From: a virus
Taxonomy: Duplodnaviria > Caudoviricetes
Reading direction: 5' to 3' (one strand)
IMG/VR virus record: IMGVR_UViG_3300032257_000077
Span: 1 to 31,997 of that record
Length of the DNA stretch: 31,997 nucleotides
Below, piece after piece: positions 1 to 7,711 of the stretch. Position 1 is the first letter of the stretch, and the number at the start of each line of letters is the position of its first letter. The notes below the pieces were generated by a model. The model saw only the letters and a program-made list of their open reading frames with translations. It was not told the DNA's origin and made no database searches. A program made the translations under genes and the position numbers.

Positions 1-2
1 GA

Positions 3-125
3 ATAGTTAAGAAACTGAATAAAACTGAACACTATGGTGATTTTTACACACCGTCTTTTTGTTCTTCGCCAGAGAAGTGCAAAGGCCATAGCTGTTGCCC
101 AAAATCCTATTCATGCACTGAGTAA
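3..125 (+). CDS. 3' end of a Cys-rich hypothetical protein (5' truncated by window)
   Basis: Open frame IVKKLNKTEHYGDFYTPSFCSSPEKCKGHSCCPKSYSCTE*, stopping 4 nt before the next ATG. Confidence 0.5.
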   Translation: MVKKLNKTEHYGDFYTPSFCSSPEKCKGHSCCPKSYSCTE

Positions 126-129
126 TATA

Positions 130-204
130 ATGAAAGCAAAACCAATATTATTTAATTCTGAAATGGTTAACGGCCTGCTTGAAGGAGTCTGCTATGCGAT
201 ATGA
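130..204 (+). pseudogene. Truncated N-terminus of a common phage gene family (MK.rPILF..eMVrAil.G.KT.TRR-type)
   Basis: Translates MKAKPILFNSEMVNGLLEGVCYAI*; family-like motif stops where the HNH gene begins. Confidence 0.55.
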
Positions 205-658
205 CATATCACAACATAATCTAGAACGAGTAATAACCTTACCAGATTCTGAAATCGCAGAACGATATAAAGACGGCGAAACAATTGCAGAACTGGCAGC
301 GGCATATAAAGTTAGTTCGCCTACATTAACAAAAGCACTTGTGCGTGAGGGTATAAAAAGAAGGAAGGCGGTAAAGCGTCCCGGTGTGAATTGTGGCTCT
401 AATAACCCAGCATGGAATGGTGGACGCAGAATTAGACTTGATGGGTATATAGTTATCTGGACTCCTAACGGTGAAATGTTAGAGCACAGGTTTATTATGG
501 AAAAACATATTGGTCGATCTCTTTCTAAGGATGAGATCGTGCATCATAAAGATGAAAACAAACAAAATAATAATCTTAATAACTTAGAAATCATGACTCG
601 GAGTGAGCATGCGTCACGCCATCTTTATAGTATGCATGCAGCGAGGTACGGGTGGTAA
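194..658 (+). CDS. HNH homing-type endonuclease with N-terminal HTH-like DNA-binding region
   Basis: EHRFIMEKHIGR..IVHHKDENKQNNNLNNLEIMTRSEH (HNH_3-like); GSNNPAWNGG motif; ATG 194 preceded by AAGGAG. Confidence 0.88.
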   Translation: MRYDISQHNLERVITLPDSEIAERYKDGETIAELAAAYKVSSPTLTKALVREGIKRRKAVKRPGVNCGSNNPAWNGGRRIRLDGYIVIWTPNGEMLEHRFIMEKHIGRSLSKDEIVHHKDENKQNNNLNNLEIMTRSEHASRHLYSMHAARYGW

Positions 659-807
659 TGAGCTTTAGTTGGCATCGTAATTGTAAAGTTCAATGTTCAA
701 TTGGTTGTCATGCGCCAACAAAGGCTGAGTACTTAGAAGCACAGGCACATGATGCGTGTAGAAAAATAATCAAACAATCTTTTTTTGGAGGTGATGTATG
801 GAAGTAA
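658..807 (+). CDS. Small hypothetical protein (49 aa, Cys/His-rich)
   Basis: TAATG overlap with the HNH stop; fills the gap to the next gene. Confidence 0.45.
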   Translation: MSFSWHRNCKVQCSIGCHAPTKAEYLEAQAHDACRKIIKQSFFGGDVWK

Positions 808-1085
808 TAGGTGAAATTGATCGGGATGAATTCATTTGCAAAGTTAGTAAACATGAAATTGAAAAATTCATGAATCTTTATTACAACAAAATGCCTGCCA
901 TGAAAGTTGGTGACAGCATCGACCTTGGCGCTGGCTATGACTTTGCAATGCAAGCAAGAGATGCAATGCAAGCAACTAATAAATTTATTGAAGAAAATCA
1001 ACAGGTCATAAAAGCAATCATGGAAGGTATTAAAGTGATTGGTTTAATGGAAGAAGAAAGTGACGATCAAAGTTCTACAGCGTGA
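798..1085 (+). CDS. Hypothetical phage protein
   Basis: 95-aa ORF with GGAGGTG SD upstream, in + strand operon. Confidence 0.75.
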   Translation: MEVIGEIDRDEFICKVSKHEIEKFMNLYYNKMPAMKVGDSIDLGAGYDFAMQARDAMQATNKFIEENQQVIKAIMEGIKVIGLMEEESDDQSSTA

Positions 1086-1224
1086 CCCCTGCCCTAAAAA
1101 ATGGTGCATAGGCTACCAAATGGAATGGCAAGGTGAATTTCTGGAAATAATTGAAATTGAAGGTGATCAATATACTTGGGTTGATGTTTGTAAAATAAAG
1201 GATAAAGAACATGCGACAAATTAA
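1060..1224 (+). CDS. Small hypothetical protein (54 aa)
   Basis: GTG-start ORF MTIKVLQRDPCPKKWCIGY... overlapping both neighbours. Confidence 0.5.
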   Translation: MTIKVLQRDPCPKKWCIGYQMEWQGEFLEIIEIEGDQYTWVDVCKIKDKEHATN

Positions 1225-1840
1225 ATTTAGAGCTTGGCATGAAAACCGTAAAGAAATGTTTTCAGCAGAAACAATGGCATCAGATCAATTAACTTTATTG
1301 CCTATAGGTCAGTTTATAAATGTTAGTGGTGATAATACCAAGCTATCCGTGATACTCCACTCAATGATTCCGCTTCAATACACCGGCTTAAATGATGTAA
1401 ACGGTAATGAGATTTACGAGGGGGATATTATTGAAATGCGTACCCCTTACCGAAATTCCCAAACACACTACGGTGAAAATATACCTCACCCTAGCGGCCA
1501 ATATACTGAGCCACTAGAGCCTGAAATTAAAACTGAAATCTTTGCTGTTGAATGCGGTAATGGCATGTTTTATGTGGATAAGAAAAATAATTGCGGCGAA
1601 TATCAAAGCCCTCTTTCTTGGGATTTAATTGGGTATAAATCGCGCGATGATTTAGAGATAGCTTTTTCAAGCAGAGCAAATGAATGGTTTGATAAAGACG
1701 ATCCTGAATGCTGCGATTTAGGATATTTATTATCTCAATACCCACCGGATACAGAAGAAGAATTAATGAAGTATTTGAGTGGCTGTACTGTTATCGGCAA
1801 CATCTACGAAAATACTGAACTACTAACAGGCGAACAGTAA
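1211..1840 (+). CDS. YopX family protein
   Basis: Hallmark motifs MRQIKFRAW, QYTGLNDVNGNEIYEGDI and VIGNIYENTELL. Confidence 0.9.
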   Translation: MRQIKFRAWHENRKEMFSAETMASDQLTLLPIGQFINVSGDNTKLSVILHSMIPLQYTGLNDVNGNEIYEGDIIEMRTPYRNSQTHYGENIPHPSGQYTEPLEPEIKTEIFAVECGNGMFYVDKKNNCGEYQSPLSWDLIGYKSRDDLEIAFSSRANEWFDKDDPECCDLGYLLSQYPPDTEEELMKYLSGCTVIGNIYENTELLTGEQ

Positions 1841-2367
1841 TGAACGAAGTACCAGAAAAATACCGCAAGCGCCTCACTGAGAATGCAAATCAGTTTGATC
1901 AAATTGTAATAGATATTTGCAATGAAGCTTGTGAGCACAAACTTGAAGCCGAACGCTGGCGTTTACAACATAAGGATGTTTTAGCGAACTGCAACGATAT
2001 AAGTAAAACATTTTCGGCTTATCGGGAATCGAGTCAAAAGGTAGTTGAAGATCGTGATTATTTAATACATGAATTAAAAATCAAGCTTAGGGATGAATCG
2101 CTTAATCATTATAAGACAAAAGAATTATTAGCTACGTATGGCAACTGGATTGATCTCGATGAATTTCTAAAAGAACCAACTGAAGGCTTGTGCTGGATAA
2201 TTTACAAAGATTTAGTGATTGATGCTTATTGCCATCACAACGGTTCTTTCTCATATAGTAAAAACAGCTTAGATAGATATATGACTGAATGTATCAGTGG
2301 CGTGATACCTATTCGCGAACCTTTGGCACCAATTAAAGCTGAAACAGTAATTGAGAAAGCATCATGA
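1840..2367 (+). CDS. Hypothetical phage protein (coiled-coil N-terminus)
   Basis: 175-aa ORF, TAATG-coupled to YopX. Confidence 0.75.
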   Translation: MNEVPEKYRKRLTENANQFDQIVIDICNEACEHKLEAERWRLQHKDVLANCNDISKTFSAYRESSQKVVEDRDYLIHELKIKLRDESLNHYKTKELLATYGNWIDLDEFLKEPTEGLCWIIYKDLVIDAYCHHNGSFSYSKNSLDRYMTECISGVIPIREPLAPIKAETVIEKAS

Positions 2368-2531
2368 GCGAATTAGATTTAGTGGCATTTGGTTGGACAG
2401 AAGTTGAGCCGAATAAATGGATGAAGAAAAATTCATTTATTGATATGCAGGGCGGTGGCAATTACATGGACAAGGAAGGCGCAATAGAGCTGCAAACTAT
2501 TTTAAATGAATGGGAAAATGAGAATGAGTGA
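2364..2531 (+). CDS. Small hypothetical protein (55 aa)
   Basis: ATGA overlap with upstream stop; MSELDLVAFGWTEVEPNKW... Confidence 0.6.
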   Translation: MSELDLVAFGWTEVEPNKWMKKNSFIDMQGGGNYMDKEGAIELQTILNEWENENE

Positions 2532-3120
2532 ACACATAACAGCATCACCCTTAACGTGGCCAGACGGTTGGAAGCGAACTCGAATTCAAACGTCTAGTAG
2601 TTTTGGCGTTTATACAATTGATGCAGCAACACATTTTCTGCTTGAAGAGCTTCGAAGAATGGGGGTTATCAAGCGAAACATAATCATCTCAACCAACTTA
2701 CGTTTGAGAAATGATGGTCTTCCCTACTCAAGCCAAAAACAACCACTGGATAAAGGTGTTGCAGTTTGGTGGGAGCATGCAGGTGAACAGCGTGTAATTG
2801 CGCTTGATAAATACAATAAAATTTCAGACAACATTTATGCAATCGGCAAAACCATTGAAGCAATGCGCGGCATTAAACGTTGGGGTGGTGGTGAGATTTT
2901 AGATAGAACATTTACAGGTTTCACTTCCCTGCCCTCACCCGATCACGTTGTTGCACGTTCATGGCGCGATGTACTTGATTATTATGGTGATGATTTACAG
3001 GAAGCAGAGCATGTTTTTAGAATGACAAGATTTAAAGCACACCCCGATCAAGGTGGTACCAGTGAGAAATTTAATGAAATCAATCGTGCATGGGTAGAAG
3101 CGCAACAGGATCTTAGATGA
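2524..3120 (+). CDS. Phage protein with C-terminal J (DnaJ) domain
   Basis: PLTWPDGWKRT..ISTNLRLRNDGLP..GVAVWW N-domain; C-terminal WRDVL..HPDQGG..FNEINRAW with HPD motif. Confidence 0.88.
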   Translation: MSEHITASPLTWPDGWKRTRIQTSSSFGVYTIDAATHFLLEELRRMGVIKRNIIISTNLRLRNDGLPYSSQKQPLDKGVAVWWEHAGEQRVIALDKYNKISDNIYAIGKTIEAMRGIKRWGGGEILDRTFTGFTSLPSPDHVVARSWRDVLDYYGDDLQEAEHVFRMTRFKAHPDQGGTSEKFNEINRAWVEAQQDLR

Positions 3121-3216
3121 TGGGTGAGAAATTATAATGCTAACAATTAAACTATTAATAGCACACGCTATACCTCTAATAATGGCTAGCTGTGGATTCT
3201 TAAAGGCTTTACCAAT

Positions 3217-3453
3217 ATGACAACTAAACAAGAAATAAATCATTTTGAAGAAGGTAAGCACGCTGCAGTTGCATATTATGCTTCACAAGGTTTTTCTGGA
3301 TTATCAAGAAACATCAGCGCAGAAGATGCAGCAAAATTGTTTCTGCCAAACCTACGCGAATCAATGATGACAATAGCAACGCCCTATCCTAAGCCGCGTC
3401 AAAAATGGTTGGCTGGGTTTAAGAAAGGTCAGGCTAAGATATTAACAAAATGA
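3217..3453 (+). CDS. Hypothetical protein
   Basis: 78-aa ORF in + strand operon. Confidence 0.65.
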   Translation: MTTKQEINHFEEGKHAAVAYYASQGFSGLSRNISAEDAAKLFLPNLRESMMTIATPYPKPRQKWLAGFKKGQAKILTK

Positions 3454-3479
3454 CATCATCGGCTATGAATTTATAAAGG

Positions 3480-3719
3480 TTGATTGAGATGAATATATTT
3501 AAACAAGGCGATTCCGTGTATTTAGCGCATGACATAATTGATCCTGCTAGTGGCGACCACCCTGCCTTTTTACTTGGAAGAAAAGGTGAAAAAGTTGTGA
3601 TTGTGCGTGTATATAAAAATAAAACAGCTTACCCCTATGAGATTGAAGGAGAAACTAATAGCGGGAGTACTTGGTTTGCATCCTCAAAGGATTTAATGCA
3701 TACAAAACCTTTCAAATAA
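3480..3719 (+). CDS. Hypothetical protein (small beta-rich domain; start may be ATG 3489)
   Basis: FKQGDSVYL..KGEKVVIVRV..YEIEG pattern. Confidence 0.65.
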   Translation: MIEMNIFKQGDSVYLAHDIIDPASGDHPAFLLGRKGEKVVIVRVYKNKTAYPYEIEGETNSGSTWFASSKDLMHTKPFK

Positions 3720-3776
3720 CTCCTAAATTATAGTGGGCTTAGTTTTAATATTCATCGGTTTAATGGAGGTGAGAAA

Positions 3777-3992
3777 GTGAGTGAATACCTAAGAATGAAA
3801 GCATTGAAGGATCGTTTATTGTTGAGCCATGAGAAGAATGAACAACTCCAAGCCCAGCTAAAAGAAGCAGAGGAAGTCATCAGCAAAGCCTTAACAGCAC
3901 TTACAGAATTAAAAGGTAATTTATATCAACGAAGTGAAGCAATAAAGATATTAAAGCGAGAAGATGAAGCCCTAAACAATAAAGGTAAATAA
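3777..3992 (+). CDS. Coiled-coil hypothetical protein
   Basis: GGAGGTG SD; EQLQAQLKEA heptads. Confidence 0.7.
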   Translation: MSEYLRMKALKDRLLLSHEKNEQLQAQLKEAEEVISKALTALTELKGNLYQRSEAIKILKREDEALNNKGK

Positions 3993-3998
3993 TGATGA
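3968..3998 (+). repeat. Gene-junction direct repeat, copy 1
   Basis: AGCCCTAAACAATAAAGGTAAATAATGATGA; matches 4423-4452 apart from a 1-nt indel. Confidence 0.85.
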
Positions 3999-4456
3999 AT
4001 AAGAAATTAGAAAATGTTAAATGGTTTCTAACGGAATTAGCCAATCAAGACAGTGAAGATATTGAGTCTAATGACATTGAAATACATGGAGAAGATACGC
4101 TAGGCCGTGACGGTTGTTTTACGGTAGAAATAACAAAGGTTGCTCAACAAGCTTACGATGAAATCGAGCAACTCCAAGCTTCTGAGCGTGGTGCACAAGC
4201 TAAGAACAGGGAATTAGTCGCATTAGTTAAACGCAGGAATGGCGAGATAGAGAAACTAAAAGCACAACTAAAAGAAGCAAATGAGAAGGTAGAGAGGCTT
4301 GAGAACATTCACAAAGCAGCGTCAAAATTAATGTCTTTTAATTTGCATGAATATATCCACGATAAAGAATGCGGGAACTTTGTAAACAGAAACCCCGATA
4401 CAATGGCTTTATTGGATGCGCTAGCCCTAAACAATAAGGTAAATAATGATGATTAA
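3992..4456 (+). CDS. Coiled-coil hypothetical protein
   Basis: 154-aa ORF with EQLQA and KLKAQLKEA heptads related to the upstream gene. Confidence 0.75.
   Translation: MMNKKLENVKWFLTELANQDSEDIESNDIEIHGEDTLGRDGCFTVEITKVAQQAYDEIEQLQASERGAQAKNRELVALVKRRNGEIEKLKAQLKEANEKVERLENIHKAASKLMSFNLHEYIHDKECGNFVNRNPDTMALLDALALNNKVNNDD
4423..4452 (+). repeat. Gene-junction direct repeat, copy 2
   Basis: AGCCCTAAACAATAAGGTAAATAATGATGA. Confidence 0.85.
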
Positions 4457-4652
4457 ACGAAGTCAATGTAATTGCCCTTGCCATAAGCATGAAGGGATTA
4501 TTCACGCTTTTCCTTGTTGTGAGTCAGATAAAAAAACAATTGAACTAGCCAAGAAAGTGGCCGAGCAAGTAGAAAATGAAACTCAAGAACCTGTCGATAA
4601 AATTGCTTGGGCTAAAAAATTAGCTAATGATATTTCTAAATTTAATGATTAG
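4446..4652 (+). CDS. Hypothetical protein with CxCxCH..H..PCC metal-binding motif
   Basis: CNCPCHKHEGIIHAFPCC; starts within repeat copy 2. Confidence 0.65.
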   Translation: MMIKRSQCNCPCHKHEGIIHAFPCCESDKKTIELAKKVAEQVENETQEPVDKIAWAKKLANDISKFND

Positions 4653-4664
4653 AGGTAAATAATA

Positions 4665-4778
4665 GTGAGTGATACAAAATGGGTTTGGATGATGAACTAT
4701 TGTAAATCTAATCACTTACCACCCGCCCAAACATGGGCATGGGATAAAGCTAAAAAAGCATGGAACACAAGAAAATGA
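4665..4778 (+). CDS. Trp-rich microprotein (37 aa)
   Basis: MSDTKWVWMMNYCKSNHLPPAQTWAWDKAKKAWNTRK*, with GAGGT SD and GTG start. Confidence 0.6.
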   Translation: MSDTKWVWMMNYCKSNHLPPAQTWAWDKAKKAWNTRK

Positions 4779-4790
4779 ATAAGGTGAGCA

Positions 4791-5288
4791 ATGTCGAACA
4801 GAAAAAGCATTGAAATCGAACAAATGGAGCGTGAAGCCGCAAAGCACAATCTATCTATTCGGGTTCTAAATAATCACCACATTCAAATTCAAGGCGGTTT
4901 GTTGTTAGTAAATTATTACCCGAATTCAAAGAATAGAACTGCGTATGTTGGCCAAACCAAAAAAGGCGTAAAGCACGTTACTCCGAATCAGGCAATTCAA
5001 ATGGCATTGACTCAACCGGCATTAACAAAAGACAAGGCCAAGCGAAAACAAAACCGGTTTAAGTGGAAAACAAAACGATTAATGAAGCAGCCTAATTGCT
5101 GTTGGTGTGATAAGCCTATGCATTTAGATGATAAGACTGATCCACTGTATGCAACCATTGAACACATTGTGCCGCTTGTTCGTGGTGGCCTAGAAAATTA
5201 CAACAACATTAAATTGGCATGTAAAAAGTGTAATGAAGATCGCGGTCATGATATGACTAAAATAAATAAGGAGAACAACCATGTTTGA
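4791..5288 (+). CDS. HNH endonuclease (McrA/zinc-binding type) with extra N-terminal domain
   Basis: CCWC..ATIEHIVPLVRGG..NIKLACKKCN. Confidence 0.85.
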   Translation: MSNRKSIEIEQMEREAAKHNLSIRVLNNHHIQIQGGLLLVNYYPNSKNRTAYVGQTKKGVKHVTPNQAIQMALTQPALTKDKAKRKQNRFKWKTKRLMKQPNCCWCDKPMHLDDKTDPLYATIEHIVPLVRGGLENYNNIKLACKKCNEDRGHDMTKINKENNHV

Positions 5289-5526
5289 ATTAAGGTGGAA
5301 AACAACTCAATACTATGCAACAGAGATAAACGGTAATTGTTGCGAACATGTAATTAAAGGGCAGCTTCCTTCTCACGTTAAAAAAGAGCGTACATTGCAA
5401 TATCGAACAAAAACTAAAATGCCAGCGAACCGGCATAACCTTGGTGCATATGACCATGCGTACAATGCTCAAGCTCTTGATTGGGGCGAATGGATGGACG
5501 TACCAGAAGAAATAATACATGAGTGA
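5281..5526 (+). CDS. Hypothetical protein
   Basis: AAGGAG SD; MFELRW..LQYR..WGEWMDVP pattern seen in small phage proteins. Confidence 0.7.
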   Translation: MFELRWKTTQYYATEINGNCCEHVIKGQLPSHVKKERTLQYRTKTKMPANRHNLGAYDHAYNAQALDWGEWMDVPEEIIHE

Positions 5527-5608
5527 TTACGAGACTGTAGGCTGGGCAATGTATTTTTTATCGAATATATTTTTTCTGTGTTACTTGGTTATTAAACACC
5601 ACAAATAA
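5519..5608 (+). CDS. Single-TM microprotein (29 aa)
   Basis: MSDYETVGWAMYFLSNIFFLCYLVIKHHK*, overlapping the upstream stop. Confidence 0.4.
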   Translation: MSDYETVGWAMYFLSNIFFLCYLVIKHHK

Positions 5609-5645
5609 CAGGTAATAATATGACTCAAACAAACAAGGCTGATTA

Positions 5646-5792
5646 ATGATGAGTGAATGCATAGAATGTAACGGTAGCGGATTTTGTCCAGAATGTCATG
5701 GCGGTGGCGGTGATGAAAATAGCGAATGTGATGCTTGTGGCGGTGAAGGATGTTGCCACCATTGTAATGGTAGCGGTCAAGAAGATGAGTAG
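5646..5792 (+). CDS. Stand-alone DnaJ-type zinc-finger microprotein (4x CxxCxGxG), 48 aa
   Basis: MMSECIECNGSGFCPECHGGGGDENSECDACGGEGCCHHCNGSGQEDE*; absent from the supplied ORF track. Confidence 0.8.
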   Translation: MMSECIECNGSGFCPECHGGGGDENSECDACGGEGCCHHCNGSGQEDE

Positions 5793-5982
5793 CTTAGCAG
5801 CAGAGAATTTTAAGAAAGATCCAACCTATAGGCCTTACTGTCTTATGTGCGATTCTATGGCTCGTATGGTCAGGACTGATTATGGTTTTCAATGCAGCGC
5901 ATGCAAAAACAAAATCAACACTGATATGACGCATCACGATGATGCAGAAAATACACCTAGTACGGGTACAACGGCACAATGA
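5785..5982 (+). CDS. Zinc-ribbon hypothetical protein
   Basis: CLMC...CSAC; probable start ATG 5785, since the longer 5698 start overlaps the Zn-finger gene out of frame. Confidence 0.7.
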   Translation: MSSLAAENFKKDPTYRPYCLMCDSMARMVRTDYGFQCSACKNKINTDMTHHDDAENTPSTGTTAQ

Positions 5983-6260
5983 GCGATTTACAGAAAAAAT
6001 GTAAGCTAGACGGTTGCGAAGTTATGTTCTCGCCTACAAACAAGCGTCACTTATTTCACGACCCAAAATGCAAAGCCGCTTGGCATCGTCTACAGCCTTT
6101 AAATAATGGCGTGGTAGTCACCGCAATTGAAAGCAAAACCGGCAAAGGCGGTATTGATAGTACTATTCGTGTCAGTTTGGATAATAGAAAGCAAATGGCT
6201 GAAGTGTTTATTCCCGGTAAAAAATATGTGTTGGTTCCACTAATGGATGAATTATTCTGA
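5979..6260 (+). CDS. Hypothetical protein with N-terminal Cys/His finger
   Basis: CKLDGC..F.P....H.FHDPKCK motif; ATGA coupling. Confidence 0.7.
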   Translation: MSDLQKKCKLDGCEVMFSPTNKRHLFHDPKCKAAWHRLQPLNNGVVVTAIESKTGKGGIDSTIRVSLDNRKQMAEVFIPGKKYVLVPLMDELF

Positions 6261-6262
6261 TA

Positions 6263-6463
6263 ATGAGTAACCTAGTCAAACAGTCTGAGCTTTTAGAAAC
6301 CTTTGGGTTTAAAAGTCCGGCTGCACTCAGAAAATGCCTTGACCGCCAAGGCATTCACTACCATCTTGGCAAAGCTGGGAAAATAACCACCACAATTCAA
6401 GCACTTAATCAGCCCTTAATTGGCACTAATAATGATGATAATAACGATGTAGAATTCGTATGA
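6263..6463 (+). CDS. xis: Putative excisionase/recombination directionality factor (DUF4224-like)
   Basis: 66 aa, ELLETFGFKSPAALRKCLDRQGIHY; overlaps integrase start. Confidence 0.7.
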   Translation: MSNLVKQSELLETFGFKSPAALRKCLDRQGIHYHLGKAGKITTTIQALNQPLIGTNNDDNNDVEFV

Positions 6464-7500
6464 TGGGACGTAAGAGAAAGCCTGAAAACCAGTGGATGCC
6501 AGCAAAAGTTTCGCTTAAGAAAAACCGCTATGTATTGTCTGGCTACCAAGGAAGCAAGGACGGCAAACCAAATTGGGGTAAAGAAATAACGCTTTGTTCT
6601 GGTGACGCCTCCAAAGCTGAAGTTTGGCAACGATATGAAGAAGTTCACGGCATCGGTACCGCTTTAACCCTCAATAAGCTATTAACTGAATTCAATACCT
6701 CCCTTCACTTCAAAACTCTAGCACCACGCACCCAAAAAGATTACCGACGATATTACGATATCATCACAAACAAAGAATTAAAGAACGGTGTTTTTGGTGA
6801 TCTGCTTGTTGAGAAAATGACACCTGGCATTATTAGAAAATATCTCGATAGACGAAGTACAGAAAACGCACCCATTGCTGGGAATAAAGAAACAAGCTAT
6901 ATATCGTCAGCGTTCGGCTGGGCTTATCAGAGAGACAAAGTATCGGGCGTGAACCCATGCGACAAAGTGACTCGCAACCCTGCCCCACCACGCCAGCATT
7001 ATGTGTGGGATAAAGATTACTATGCATTTTTGATGATGGACAATAAACCCTTCCATGTGAATATTGTTAGTGAGTTAATGTATTTGTGTAGATTACGCGA
7101 AAATGAAGTTCTATCAATAAAGCGGTCACAATTAACACCTGATGGCTTTGACGCTAAACGTGGAAAAGGTTCAAAGGATTCAATCATTCCAATGTCAGGC
7201 AGACTTCAAGCCGTTATTGATGCGTGTTTAAAACTTCCTCTTAATATCACTCCAATACGCCCTCAAGACCTCCCATTAATCCATGACAAACACGGTATGG
7301 CAATCACTCAAAGCGCGTTCTATTCCGCATGGAAAAGGCGCATGAAAAAGTTTGTTGGTGAATCATTCACGCCGCATGATTTGAAACGTAAAGGTGTTTC
7401 TGATTTCACTGGCGATAAGCTCAAAGCGTCCGGCCATAACGATCCAAAAATGCTAAAAGTCTACGATGTAAGGCCTGATACCGTTGAACCTACAAGGTAG
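6460..7500 (+). CDS. int: Tyrosine recombinase / phage integrase
   Basis: Catalytic R (LRENEV), K (KGSK), HDLKRK, SGH and VY motifs; TLAPRTQKDY core-binding domain; abuts attP. Confidence 0.93.
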   Translation: MMGRKRKPENQWMPAKVSLKKNRYVLSGYQGSKDGKPNWGKEITLCSGDASKAEVWQRYEEVHGIGTALTLNKLLTEFNTSLHFKTLAPRTQKDYRRYYDIITNKELKNGVFGDLLVEKMTPGIIRKYLDRRSTENAPIAGNKETSYISSAFGWAYQRDKVSGVNPCDKVTRNPAPPRQHYVWDKDYYAFLMMDNKPFHVNIVSELMYLCRLRENEVLSIKRSQLTPDGFDAKRGKGSKDSIIPMSGRLQAVIDACLKLPLNITPIRPQDLPLIHDKHGMAITQSAFYSAWKRRMKKFVGESFTPHDLKRKGVSDFTGDKLKASGHNDPKMLKVYDVRPDTVEPTR

Positions 7501-7538
7501 TTTTAGGGGAATTATTAGGGGAATTTCTTTAAGGGAAT

Positions 7539-7580
7539 AAAAAAAGGGTTCTCACTAAGTTATAACCTAATGAAAACCCT
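7539..7580 (-). terminator. Rho-independent terminator downstream of the tRNA fragment
   Basis: Minus strand AGGGTTTTCATTAGGTT-AT-AACTTAGTGAGAACCCT then a U-run; the non-Watson-Crick pairs are G-U only on this strand. Confidence 0.75.
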
Positions 7581-7588
7581 ACCTTATT

Positions 7589-7633
7589 TGGTAGCGGGGG
7601 CAAGATTTGAACTTACGACCTTCGGGTTATGAG
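7589..7633 (-). other. attP core: 3' half of initiator tRNA-Met(CAT), anticodon loop to CCA
   Basis: Minus strand CTCATAACCCGAAGGTCGTAAGTTCAAATCTTGCCCCCGCTACCA; 5' half of the tRNA is absent. Confidence 0.92.
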
Positions 7634-7698
7634 TCAGCAAATTTTAACCGGTAAAACAATGAGTTAGCCTATATATTTAGGGGAATCACATCACCAAT

Positions 7699-7711
7699 AA
7701 TCAACAACTTA
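7699..7711 (+). promoter_or_regulatory. IHF binding site in attP arm
   Basis: AATCAACAACTTA matches WATCAANNNNTTR exactly; a one-mismatch site AAACAATGAGTTA lies at 7654-7666. Confidence 0.7.

Noticed and set aside
5698-5784. N-terminal extension MAVAVMKIANVMLVAV.. of ORF 5698-5982
   Set aside because: Out-of-frame shadow of the CxxCxGxG microprotein; ATG 5785 is the more plausible start
7589-7665. Complete tRNA-Met gene on the minus strand
   Set aside because: Only anticodon loop to CCA is present; the upstream sequence cannot form the D-arm or 5' acceptor strand
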